Origin: a virus
Strand: one strand, 5' to 3'
IMG/VR virus record: IMGVR_UViG_3300019880_000001
Coordinates: 19,914-83,913 of that record
DNA: 64,000 bases
This document shows, one piece after another, positions 9,418 to 18,171 of this stretch. The notes under the pieces were generated by a model that did no database searches, had not been told where the DNA came from, and was given only the letters and a program-made list of their open reading frames with translations. How positions within the stretch are numbered: the first letter of the stretch is position 1; each line of letters opens with the position of its first letter. The translations under genes were made by a program, and so were the position numbers.

Positions 9418-10728
9418 ATGGCAAAAGCACGCAAGCGCCGCTCGAAGAAGAAGACCGCAGCACCCAAGCGTCGTCGTCGGCGCGTGCGTGCGGTCGCAGC
9501 CCCGCGTCGTCGGCGCGCCAAGAAGAAGGCAGCCGTGACTCGTCGGCGTCGTCGGCGAACCGTGCGCGTGGAAGCCAAGAGGTCTCGTCGGCGTCGTCGT
9601 GCGGCTCCCGCAGCGGCCCCGCGTCGTCGTCGGCGTCGTCGGGTGCATGCGTGGAAGGGCAACTCCGCCGGCCATGCAACGGCCGCTCGCAAGGGCCATC
9701 GGCGTCGGAAGGCACGGAAGGGCGCGAAGCGCGGTCGTCGTCGGAGTCGCAAGACTCGCGAGACCATGTACGCGGCGGCCCCGAAGCGTCGTCGTCGTTC
9801 GCGGCGGTCGTCTCACGTCATGGAGGCGAGTCGCCCTCGTCGACGTCGGCACAGCATGCACGCCTCGCGCGGCGGCATGGGCATCGGTGGGATCCTCCTC
9901 GCGACCGGGTCGGCAGGTTTCGGTTTCGTGCTGGCCGACGGTGTCGATCGATACCTAGCCACGTACTGCCCGACCGACGCGACCAAGCCGACGGACAAGT
10001 TCACGTCGGACGGTGCTGGGACTCTCGCGAACGTGCTCAACATCGCCTCGATGCCGAGCTGGAAGCGAATCGCGGCGGGTGTCGGTGTGGCAGCGGTTCC
10101 CGCTGTCGGATCGATGTTCGTCAAGAACCAGTACGGAAAGGGCGCGCTCGAAGGTCTCGCACTCGGTGCAGGCATCTCGGCGTTCAAGACGTTCTGGAAC
10201 ACCGTCCTCATGCCGATGATGGTCGGCAAGGACACGTCGGTACCGGCGCTCCAGAAGAGCTACATCGCGCGGCTCTACCCGTCCGAGGTCGCTGCTTCGA
10301 TCAACAGAGCACAGAAGCCGGCTGCTTCTGGCGCGCTGTCCGGTGCTCCGGATGTGGGCCCGTTCGCCCTCTCCGGCGACTCGCCGTACCCCGACGCGGG
10401 GCAGGCGCTTCGAAACGCCACGGGAGTTCATGGCGACTCGCCCTATCCGGATGCCGCTCAGGCACTTAGGACGGGCGTGAGCGATGACAGCCCGTACGCG
10501 GACGCGGCGCAGGCTCTTCGGCGACAGGCCGGCATGGGTGCCGGCCCCACTCCGACGGGTGGTCCGGACTCTTCGTGGAACCCGGGACCTCCCGCGGGTT
10601 TCGGTCCCGGACCTCAGGCGCGTCCTCACAAGGACTGTGGCTGCGTCGGTGACGAGAATCCGTTTCTCGGAATCGTCGGTGGCGCTCCTCTAGAGGAACC
10701 GCTGTTCGCTACGGGTACCCCCTCGTAA
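9418..10728 (+). CDS. Arg/Lys-rich putative DNA-condensing core protein with hydrophobic middle and acidic repeats
   Basis: RBS AAGGAAGAGAAG before ATG 9418; about 150 aa of poly-Arg blocks; Gly-rich hydrophobic helices; frame is also open from 9235. Confidence 0.75.
   Translation: MAKARKRRSKKKTAAPKRRRRRVRAVAAPRRRRAKKKAAVTRRRRRRTVRVEAKRSRRRRRAAPAAAPRRRRRRRVHAWKGNSAGHATAARKGHRRRKARKGAKRGRRRSRKTRETMYAAAPKRRRRSRRSSHVMEASRPRRRRHSMHASRGGMGIGGILLATGSAGFGFVLADGVDRYLATYCPTDATKPTDKFTSDGAGTLANVLNIASMPSWKRIAAGVGVAAVPAVGSMFVKNQYGKGALEGLALGAGISAFKTFWNTVLMPMMVGKDTSVPALQKSYIARLYPSEVAASINRAQKPAASGALSGAPDVGPFALSGDSPYPDAGQALRNATGVHGDSPYPDAAQALRTGVSDDSPYADAAQALRRQAGMGAGPTPTGGPDSSWNPGPPAGFGPGPQARPHKDCGCVGDENPFLGIVGGAPLEEPLFATGTPS
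10369..10533 (+). repeat. Three coding repeats (L/V)(S/H)(G/D)DSPY(P/A)DA(G/A)QALR
   Basis: Read directly in the translation of 9418-10728. Confidence 0.85.
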
Positions 10729-10730
10729 GA

Positions 10731-10847
10731 GACACCTCGCGAAACACCCCCGCCCCGGTAGGCCGAAAGAGCCCCGGGGTTGAGGTGTCGAAGGGCCCTG
10801 AGTAGCCCCTAAGACAACCGCTCGCGTCGGCCCAGGAAACGGCGAGC
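10731..10847 (+). other. Structured intergenic leader (three stem-loops)
   Basis: GACACCTC 10731-10738 / GAGGTGTC 10782-10789 enclosing CCCCGG/CCGGGG; GGGC/GCCC; GCTCGC/GCGAGC. Confidence 0.5.
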
Positions 10848-10865
10848 ATCAGGAGAAGAGAAGTC

Positions 10866-12182
10866 ATGTCCAAGAGCATCGTCGGTAGGCCCATGAAGAA
10901 GTTCGGTCAGGATCAGGAGCGCCCGAAGCGCGTTCCGTTCGGTCTCGGCGTCCCCGCAACGGACGGTACGCTGGCGGCCGATGCCGCTCAGAAGTGCCTT
11001 CGGTGCTCCTTCGGCAACATCCCCGTGATCGAGGAGGTCGTCTGGACGATCCCGCTCCCCCTCACGTCCGAGGAGGCGCTCTCGACGCTCGGTGACACGG
11101 TGAACCTGCTCTCGGGCAGCTCCAGCGTGCCTGGCGTTGCGTCGATCGACTCGACGTTCCTCATCAACGGCATTCTCCAGACGGACATTCTGGCGCAGGG
11201 CATCGGCGTCCACGTGTTCTGCGAGCCGATGAGCTTCTCGACCATCGGCAACTCTTTCGTTGCGCCGGCGACGACGGTCAACCCGCCCCCCTCGCCCGAC
11301 GTGTTCACCACGAACGATCTGACGAACCGTGCGATGAGCACGTCCGTCACGGCGACTGGCGACAACTTCGGCCCGGCCGTGTTCGAGTTCGGTGCCGACG
11401 TCTGGCGCGCAGGCTGGAACTTCATCAACGCCTACCAGTTTCAGTGGAAGACCTCGCAGCGCGAGCTCGTCCTCAATGAGCTGGCGGCCGACGTGTCGTA
11501 CTTCGGGTCCTTCGCGGATGCCGAGGCGAGCGGCACGAGCGAAGTGGCCATCATCGAGTTCGTCGCCGCGGTCAACGCGACGTACCGCTCGAAGGGCTCG
11601 TCAACGATCTTCCTGCCGGTCAACTTCCGTCGGGTCGGTTCCGTCAACAGCACGAGCGCGACCAACAACGTTGGCGTGTTCCACCCGACGCGCGACTTCG
11701 ATCTCGCGCCGGTCACCTGGGGCGGTCTCCGATGGCAGGGGTACGGCTGCAAAGGCCAGATGTACCGCCCGATCGAGAGCCCGTGCTTCCTCGAGCGCGG
11801 TATCCCCATCGGGATGCTCTTCGTCGTGCAGGACGCCGTGCACCAGGCGCTCATGCTCCAGGCCGTCACGCTCAACAACGAGCCCTTCGGCGTGAACGTC
11901 AGCGTCGACGAGAACCTCGTCGATGCAACGGCGCCCACCGCGGCGTCCGGCGTTCCCACCGCAGGCGCCATCGTCGTCGGCGGCGCGAACACCATGCTGG
12001 AGCAGACGCTCGACGCGACCCCCGTGCTCGTTCCGCAGCAAGTCAACACCTCCCGCCAGATCTTCAAGGGCGGCATCCTGAAGCTCGCGATCAAGATCAA
12101 GGGCTGGGAAATGCCCGGTGGCTGGAAGGCGTACTGCCAGTCCAACCTGCCCCAGATCATGACGGGATCTGCGTCGGTCTGA
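10866..12182 (+). CDS. Candidate major capsid protein (beta-rich, not recognisably HK97)
   Basis: Strong RBS AGGAGAAG, highly biased C/G-ending codons, followed by a terminator, beta-strand-rich; function inferred from context. Confidence 0.55.
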   Translation: MSKSIVGRPMKKFGQDQERPKRVPFGLGVPATDGTLAADAAQKCLRCSFGNIPVIEEVVWTIPLPLTSEEALSTLGDTVNLLSGSSSVPGVASIDSTFLINGILQTDILAQGIGVHVFCEPMSFSTIGNSFVAPATTVNPPPSPDVFTTNDLTNRAMSTSVTATGDNFGPAVFEFGADVWRAGWNFINAYQFQWKTSQRELVLNELAADVSYFGSFADAEASGTSEVAIIEFVAAVNATYRSKGSSTIFLPVNFRRVGSVNSTSATNNVGVFHPTRDFDLAPVTWGGLRWQGYGCKGQMYRPIESPCFLERGIPIGMLFVVQDAVHQALMLQAVTLNNEPFGVNVSVDENLVDATAPTAASGVPTAGAIVVGGANTMLEQTLDATPVLVPQQVNTSRQIFKGGILKLAIKIKGWEMPGGWKAYCQSNLPQIMTGSASV

Positions 12183-12200
12183 ACAACGGACCGAGTACGA

Positions 12201-12249
12201 CGTTATGCGGGCGGACGTGGGGTCTCTCGCGTCCGCCCGTAACGTTTTT
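12201..12249 (+). terminator. Intrinsic terminator
   Basis: GCGGGCGGACG 12207-12217 / CGTCCGCCCGT 12230-12240, followed by AACGTTTTT. Confidence 0.65.
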
Positions 12250-12260
12250 AGGCCCAAGAA

Positions 12261-12860
12261 ATGACGCAGGACGCGCTTCAACTCAGACGAGATCGTGATC
12301 GCAAATATGCGAGCGAGAAGCGCGCTTCTATGTCGAAGTTGGACAAGAAGGCGTACCTAGCCAAAGAGCGAGAACGGGGTCGCCGTCGTTATTTGGACCC
12401 CGATAAGAAGTCCGGGCGAGTGCGCACGAAAAAGAGAATCGAACAACGGAAGCTCGCAGAGGGGATCTGCGTGTCTTGTACGGAGCTAGCCACGTGCGCG
12501 CGGTTCTGCTTCTACCACTGGCTGGTGAACATCGGCGGCAAGTACGGGTTGAGGGTCAAAAACGGAGGGGTCGAGACTTTGAAAGCGCTTTGGGGCGAGC
12601 AAAACGGCCTGTGCGCGCTCACCGGAGAACTACTAGTTCCGGGGCAAAATGCTTCCGTCGATCACATTCTTCCTCGCTGCCGTAACGGCCGTAACGAAAA
12701 AAGCAATCTCCAGTGGGTGACAAAAGAGGTCAACTACTTCAAGCGCACACGAACCAGCTCGGAGCTTGTTAGAATGTCCTTGAAAGTCGCTCATCACGCC
12801 GAACGTGACGTCAGATCGAACGTCCTTCAGTTCAAGAAGACGTCAGAAGGAAAGGGTTGA
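12261..12860 (+). CDS. Free-standing HNH endonuclease
   Basis: QNGLCALTG...ASVDHILP...G.NEKSNLQWVTKEVNYFK; more AT-rich codons than its neighbours. Confidence 0.85.
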   Translation: MTQDALQLRRDRDRKYASEKRASMSKLDKKAYLAKERERGRRRYLDPDKKSGRVRTKKRIEQRKLAEGICVSCTELATCARFCFYHWLVNIGGKYGLRVKNGGVETLKALWGEQNGLCALTGELLVPGQNASVDHILPRCRNGRNEKSNLQWVTKEVNYFKRTRTSSELVRMSLKVAHHAERDVRSNVLQFKKTSEGKG

Positions 12861-13471
12861 GTCACATGCAGCCGCACGACCACCAAATTCGCAATCTTGC
12901 TTTGTACGCTCCGAAGATCGCCTTCGGGATGATGGCCGGCGTCCCCCGCGTGCCGTTCATCGCAGACATTCCGATCCAGTTCTCCTCGTCGACGGTCAAC
13001 GCGCCGCCGGTCGTTCAGAACTTCCAGAACAACCTGACGCAAGACACGGTCATCGAGCGGATTGCGTACAACCTCGGTCAGCCGAACAGCTTCCCCGGGA
13101 GCCCGTTCCAGTCGACGTACTTCAACCAGCTCAAGCAGAGCGGGCAGATCGGCGTCGGCGTGCAAATGGCCGTGTACGGCGGTCCCAAGTACAACGTCAA
13201 CGACACCTTCACCGATCTCGGCACCCTCGCAGACGTGTTCGCGGTGACGTGGCCCAACGGGTGGCCGCTCCAGAAGCAGAGCAACGTGAAGGTGAGCGCA
13301 ATCCTCACGCAGACGCCGGTGAGCGTACCGTTCAACATCACCATGACGTTCCTCGGGTGGCAGTTCCTCTCGAAGGAGCTCGACGATCTTTCAGACGAGG
13401 AAGCGCGCGCGCGGTTGCGCAAGCTCGGCGTCGAAACTCCCGACCTGAAGATTCTGCTGTCCAACGGCTGA
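12857..13471 (+). CDS. Candidate small capsid/structural protein
   Basis: Beta-rich 204 aa, biased codons; RVPF motif and terminal strand (TFLGWQ) resemble 10866-12182 (KIKGWE). Confidence 0.55.
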   Translation: MSHMQPHDHQIRNLALYAPKIAFGMMAGVPRVPFIADIPIQFSSSTVNAPPVVQNFQNNLTQDTVIERIAYNLGQPNSFPGSPFQSTYFNQLKQSGQIGVGVQMAVYGGPKYNVNDTFTDLGTLADVFAVTWPNGWPLQKQSNVKVSAILTQTPVSVPFNITMTFLGWQFLSKELDDLSDEEARARLRKLGVETPDLKILLSNG

Positions 13472-13472
13472 A

Positions 13473-14363
13473 ATGAACGAGCGCATCGACAACGTGATTC
13501 GATTGCAGGCACGCCCAGACGGCGTGGCGCCATCGATCCGTTCGATCCTCCACAACGGCCGAAACGAGATCGTCACCAACGGCCCGAACTCGGAGTTCGG
13601 GTTCATCGGAAGCGATCCGTACAACACGAACGCCTACACCGGCCTCGTCGTTCCGGCGGTACCCAGTGGGACGATCGGAAACGCGCGCTACCTCTTCGTG
13701 CTCGCGCGTCAGAGTTTCAGCACTGGAGAGCAGAGCTCGGAACACCGCGGCGTGCGCCTCGTCGGAATTCGGCAGTACGCCGAGCTCATCGCGCGTCTTC
13801 CGGCTCGTGTCGCGCCGCTTGCCGCCAGCGGCCCTCCCGCCGGCAGCACCGTCACGTTCCGCAAGGAGATCACGAGCCCGCTCTGGCACCCGCAGGACGG
13901 CAACATCTCCTGGCACGTGATGATCATCAACAAGGTGCAGCGCGATACGCGCAACCCCGCCAACACGGACGGGATCATCTACCAGGACGCGTTATCGCCC
14001 GCGCTCATCTACCAGACTTTGGCGCCGTACACGCCTCCGAACGGCGGACGCCCGTGGGGCACTCCGCTCGGCGCGAGCCTCGGCAACATCCACGAGCTTC
14101 GATACCCCTGGCGCACCGAACGGAGCGAGCGCGTGCTCGACATTCCGATTCCGGTGCCGTGCGACGTCGTGCTCTTCGCGAGCGTTCGTCAAAACGACCC
14201 GACACTCAACCCGGTCTTCACCGAGGCGACTGTTGTCACGAGGCAGTTCGCCGCGTTGTCTCCCGAAGACCAGTTCATCGCCGCGTACCCCGCGTCTGCT
14301 CAATACGGCGCCATCGCCGGCTCGCTCGTGTTCGATCAGAACCTCGGAGCGTGCGTCCCATGA
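13473..14363 (+). CDS. Candidate structural (vertex/minor capsid) protein
   Basis: Beta-rich 296 aa in the structural operon. Confidence 0.5.
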   Translation: MNERIDNVIRLQARPDGVAPSIRSILHNGRNEIVTNGPNSEFGFIGSDPYNTNAYTGLVVPAVPSGTIGNARYLFVLARQSFSTGEQSSEHRGVRLVGIRQYAELIARLPARVAPLAASGPPAGSTVTFRKEITSPLWHPQDGNISWHVMIINKVQRDTRNPANTDGIIYQDALSPALIYQTLAPYTPPNGGRPWGTPLGASLGNIHELRYPWRTERSERVLDIPIPVPCDVVLFASVRQNDPTLNPVFTEATVVTRQFAALSPEDQFIAAYPASAQYGAIAGSLVFDQNLGACVP

Positions 14364-14587
14364 TCAACGGAGGCGCGTACGTACTCTCGAGCGCGATCGG
14401 AGGCTTGGTCTCTGGCGCTATCGGTGCGTCCGTCGCCGAGTCTTCTGATTCGCATCCGGTGCTCAAGGGAGCTCTCGTTGTTGCGGCTCTCGATGCGCTT
14501 CTGGCGACCGCCATCTACGCTGCCATCTCGCAGCCCATACTCCCGCAAGCCGGCGTGAGTGGACTGCACAACCCGAGGTTCCCGTGA
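14360..14587 (+). CDS. Small 2-TM glycine-zipper protein (ends NPRFP)
   Basis: ATGA overlap; GxxxG helices. Confidence 0.7.
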   Translation: MINGGAYVLSSAIGGLVSGAIGASVAESSDSHPVLKGALVVAALDALLATAIYAAISQPILPQAGVSGLHNPRFP

Positions 14588-14817
14588 GCCGCGCCGGAGC
14601 TGCGTTCGGAAGTGCAGTCGGGCTCGCGCTCGGCGGCGCGTTTGGTGGGTACACCGTCCTCAGCCTCAAGCAAGGACGCGTTACCGACAAGACACTGTTC
14701 GACGGCGCCGTTGTAGGCGCTTTCGTCGGGACCATCATCGGTGCCGCACTCGGCGCCGGACCCAAAGAGCCAGCTCAGGTCGGAACGGGACACCCTCTTA
14801 CTCCGAGGTTCCCATGA
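14584..14817 (+). CDS. Small 2-TM glycine-zipper protein (ends TPRFP)
   Basis: GTGA overlap; GxxxG helices. Confidence 0.7.
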   Translation: MSRAGAAFGSAVGLALGGAFGGYTVLSLKQGRVTDKTLFDGAVVGAFVGTIIGAALGAGPKEPAQVGTGHPLTPRFP

Positions 14818-15032
14818 ACCGCACGGGAGCCGCTTTGCTCGGTCTCGCAATAGGAGGCGTCATCGGTGAAATCGCCGGGCGCTCCCTCGAGAAAGGGCAC
14901 GGAGAGGATGCCGAGCTCGAAGGCGCCCTTGGCGGCGGTGTGCTCGGTGCGGCGCTCGGTTCCGTTCTCTTCGCCACTGTGGCATCTCCTCCGCAACAGC
15001 AGACGCATGTCTCGCAGGCAGGGTTTCCATGA
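14814..15032 (+). CDS. Small 2-TM glycine-zipper protein (ends AGFP)
   Basis: ATGA overlap; GxxxG helices. Confidence 0.7.
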   Translation: MNRTGAALLGLAIGGVIGEIAGRSLEKGHGEDAELEGALGGGVLGAALGSVLFATVASPPQQQTHVSQAGFP

Positions 15033-15742
15033 CAACGCCGGCGCAAGCGTACGGGCATCCGACTCTCGACGACGTCCCCGTTTCCGGACCGACCGATCCG
15101 GGGATCCTCAAAGCGGACTGCTGGTTCGCTCAACACGTTTTACCGACACCGCAACAGGCCGCGTGCGTCGACTGTAAAGGACCAATTCCAATGTGGGCAA
15201 AAACCTCGGGCGTGGGTGAGCAGATTTCGTTCGGCGGAGCGCGCGCTCGCGGCTTCTCGCTCGCCGCACCAGGCGACCCGGACGCTTGGGTTCAACTCAC
15301 GCCGGCGCAGCAGACGTGGGTCGTGAACTCGATCCGAACGCTCGACTCGAAGATCCGAGAGCAGACGCACACCACGTGCCCTGGCATGCAGACGCCGAGC
15401 ATCACGGGCATGGCGGGGTGTTTTCAGAACTGGTTCAACGGCGCGCACCTCGGGCTGACGAACCGCGCCGGCGCCCCCGTCGTGCTCCGCACCGACGGCG
15501 TCTTCGATCAGGACACGCTCGACGCGCTTCGCACCGTCACTTCGCTCGACGCGAAGAACTACCCCACCCCGTTCCCGGGTACGGAAGCGGCGGGCATCGC
15601 CCCCGCATCCAAGAAGCTTTCCACCGGCGCCATGGTCGGTATCGCCGCTGCTGGCGCGACCGTTCTCGGTGGGATCGCCTACGTCGCCATGCACGGCAAG
15701 AGCAAACGCAAGGGTCGTCGGACTCGAAGGAGCAAGCGGTAA
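15029..15742 (+). CDS. Peptidoglycan-binding-like protein with C-terminal TM anchor
   Basis: FQNWFN...LRTDGVFDQDTLDAL (PG_binding_1-like); KKLSTGA, TM, basic tail. Confidence 0.7.
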   Translation: MTTPAQAYGHPTLDDVPVSGPTDPGILKADCWFAQHVLPTPQQAACVDCKGPIPMWAKTSGVGEQISFGGARARGFSLAAPGDPDAWVQLTPAQQTWVVNSIRTLDSKIREQTHTTCPGMQTPSITGMAGCFQNWFNGAHLGLTNRAGAPVVLRTDGVFDQDTLDALRTVTSLDAKNYPTPFPGTEAAGIAPASKKLSTGAMVGIAAAGATVLGGIAYVAMHGKSKRKGRRTRRSKR

Positions 15743-17220
15743 TGTCGTTCTACAGAGTCACGCCGGGGGAGTCCCCGGCCATGATCGCACGCAAGCTCGG
15801 CACGTCGGTGTCGGCCCTCATCGGCGCCAACGGCCACAAGCCGACAACGGTCGTCGCCGGCAAGCGCACGTTCCAAGCGCTGCGCTTCAACGAGCTCTTG
15901 CACAAGCCTCGTGCAGGCGTCGGAGCGCTCGGTGAGCCCGGCACGCTCGGAGTCACGCCGGCGGATCCGGCAGCTCCGCACGCGCTGATCGCGCAAGGAA
16001 GCAGCGGCTCGGACGTCGCGCTCTGGCAGAAGATCATCGGCGTCACGGCCGATGGTTCGTTCGGATCGGGAACTGCCGCAGCAACCAAGTCGTGGCAGAC
16101 CGCTCACGGGCTCAACCCAGACGGCGTCGTCGGCCCCAACACGTGGGCGAAAGCGCTCGGCAACGCCTCGAGCGCACCGGTGCCTGCTCCCGTCGCATCC
16201 GGCGCGAGCCTCGCAATGGCGGCCGGCGCCGCGTACTCGGCTCTGAACCTGGATCCGAACTACTGCACGAACGTCGCTCGCGCAGGCACTCCGGTGAACA
16301 CGGCCGTCCACAACTTCAAGGCAGCGTGGAACGCCGCCAACCCGAGCCGCGCAGTGCCCATCGGCACCGGCAAGTACGAGCCAGTCGTGGCTTCTGCGCT
16401 CTCGTCGGCGCTCGGCGGAGTGACCGTACCTGCCGGTTGCGGCGCCGGGGCGGCGCAGCCTGCCCCCGCGGCCCCCTCGACGCCGGCGGCTCCGGTCCCC
16501 ATGCCGGAACCGACCGTCACCCCCGCCCCCACACCGGCTCCGACGGCCTCGAGCGCCTACAGCGGCGCACAGATCGCCGCTGCCACGGCGATGAACTCGG
16601 CGCTCTCAGCGCACGGCTACAAGCAGGCCGATCAAGGGCTGTACGCGGCGTTCCAGCGCTCGATGGGGATCACGGCCGACGGGTACCCCGGAACCGGCAC
16701 GATGGGGAAGCTCAAGGCGGTGCTCGCCTCCGCCGGCATCCCCATGGCCGCGGTACCCGTGTACCCGTGGCGCGCGGGCGCCTACGATGGCGTGAACGCT
16801 CCCACGCAGAGCTCGTGGTCGGGAGCGTCCGCAACGCCCGCGCCCCCCGCCGTCGCTCCGCCCCCGCCTCCCTCGAGCGGCGGTATCGCCCCTCCCCCTC
16901 CGGCACCTTCTGGCGGCGGCACGGCCCCTGCGGCTTCTGCCCCCGCAGCAGGAGGAAGCACGGCTCCCGTGCCCGTTGCCGCCGGCGGCGGCGCCATCGT
17001 GTCTCCCGCGGCGCCTGCATCGAAGAAGTTGAGCACCGGCGCGATCGTGGTCGGCGCGATCGGCGCGGCGGCACTCGTCGGGCTGATCGCCATGGCGGCG
17101 ACCGGTAAGAAGGGGCACCGCGGAGCTCGAGGCGCGCGAGGGCCGTCTCGTCGCAGCAAGCACAAGAAGCCCGCGCATCACGCGCACAAGCCGAAGCGCA
17201 AGAGGAAGTCGAAGCGGTAA
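15742..17220 (+). CDS. LysM and peptidoglycan-binding repeat protein with C-terminal TM anchor
   Basis: YRVTPGESPAMIA (LysM); GSSGSDVALWQ..ADGSFG..T...WQ..HGL.PDGVVGPNTW (PG_binding_1); KKLSTGA, TM, basic tail. Confidence 0.85.
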   Translation: MSFYRVTPGESPAMIARKLGTSVSALIGANGHKPTTVVAGKRTFQALRFNELLHKPRAGVGALGEPGTLGVTPADPAAPHALIAQGSSGSDVALWQKIIGVTADGSFGSGTAAATKSWQTAHGLNPDGVVGPNTWAKALGNASSAPVPAPVASGASLAMAAGAAYSALNLDPNYCTNVARAGTPVNTAVHNFKAAWNAANPSRAVPIGTGKYEPVVASALSSALGGVTVPAGCGAGAAQPAPAAPSTPAAPVPMPEPTVTPAPTPAPTASSAYSGAQIAAATAMNSALSAHGYKQADQGLYAAFQRSMGITADGYPGTGTMGKLKAVLASAGIPMAAVPVYPWRAGAYDGVNAPTQSSWSGASATPAPPAVAPPPPPSSGGIAPPPPAPSGGGTAPAASAPAAGGSTAPVPVAAGGGAIVSPAAPASKKLSTGAIVVGAIGAAALVGLIAMAATGKKGHRGARGARGPSRRSKHKKPAHHAHKPKRKRKSKR

Positions 17221-17226
17221 TCCCCC

Positions 17227-17475
17227 ATGCGAGTCGTGATCGACAACGCGGCGCTCAGGAGGAACCGTTCCTGTAAGGGCGCCTACACCAACCGGGAATG
17301 GGATCCTGCATTGCAGGCGCTCGTGTTCCCGAATTGGGAAGAGTCGGTCAAAGAGCTGCTGTCGACTCCGAAGGGGCTCGCTCGTCTCGAATGGTACGTC
17401 CGGCACAATCTCGTGCCGATGACGATGTCTGAATTCATCGCGGCGAAAGCCGCACGTGGAGGCTCCAGTGAGTGA
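17227..17475 (+). CDS. Hypothetical protein
   Basis: 82 aa ORF in the operon. Confidence 0.55.
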   Translation: MRVVIDNAALRRNRSCKGAYTNREWDPALQALVFPNWEESVKELLSTPKGLARLEWYVRHNLVPMTMSEFIAAKAARGGSSE

Positions 17476-17974
17476 GTTCGTCGGACGTACAGGATCGATG
17501 CGTGTTTACTCGTACCCGGAAACTCGACGCAGCGGCAGCGATCCGCTGACGGCGTTCGCGCGGAACTTCGCGACGGGCACGAAGGGCAGCAATACGGTCG
17601 GGCCTGACGGCCTGGATATCGTGTGGAACGCGATCGACGTCGGAGTCGATCCTGACAACGACGTCCCGATCACTCCAAAAGCCACCGGGCAGTTGCTCAT
17701 CACCGGCGTCATCACGCTCACCAACGGAACCGGCGCGCCGATAGACGCCGTCGTTACGGTGCATCTCGACGGTGTCGCCGCCGGACCGTCTTTCGCTACG
17801 ATGACGATCCCCGCAGGCGCTACGGCCGCCATTCCTTTCATGGCAGAGACCGAAGTCATCTCGCCGCTCAACGAGGAGCACTTGATCCAAGTTTTCGTCG
17901 ACGGCGACGGTTTGACCACCGTATCCGACGGCTCGGTGATCAACGTTCAAGAGGTCGTACTCTCGACCGGTTGA
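17468..17974 (+). CDS. Beta-sandwich virion protein with divergent N-terminal tag
   Basis: GTG after GGAGG; MSEFVGRTGSMRVYSYPE; beta-rich body. Confidence 0.65.
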   Translation: MSEFVGRTGSMRVYSYPETRRSGSDPLTAFARNFATGTKGSNTVGPDGLDIVWNAIDVGVDPDNDVPITPKATGQLLITGVITLTNGTGAPIDAVVTVHLDGVAAGPSFATMTIPAGATAAIPFMAETEVISPLNEEHLIQVFVDGDGLTTVSDGSVINVQEVVLSTG

Positions 17975-17985
17975 AGGAGACGCGC

Positions 17986-18168
17986 ATGCCCAAGCTGATT
18001 CACCAGGAGACGATGTGCTGCGGGTACAAGAAGTGCCCGGAGCTCAAGATCTTCGAAGACGGCTCCGTCGAACTCAGCGACAACGACGAGGAGATCGGTT
18101 CGGTCGGAACCCTCAAGCTTCGTCCCGAAGTGATGTCTCGCCTCGTCGAGATCTACTCGAAAATCTGA
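17986..18168 (+). CDS. Small Cys-containing protein (DUF397-like pattern)
   Basis: RBS AAGGAG; CCGYKKCPEL...GSVELSD. Confidence 0.55.
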   Translation: MPKLIHQETMCCGYKKCPELKIFEDGSVELSDNDEEIGSVGTLKLRPEVMSRLVEIYSKI

Positions 18169-18171
18169 ACC

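Noticed and set aside
10797-10840. Hammerhead-like CTGAGTA...GAAAC
   Set aside because: The core should be CUGANGA and the three-stem geometry is not met
15286-15741. Upstream extensions of ORFs 15286, 7968, 22029, 27320, 269-1522 and 62646-63782
   Set aside because: They overlap real upstream genes; internal starts with ATGA/GTGA coupling fit better
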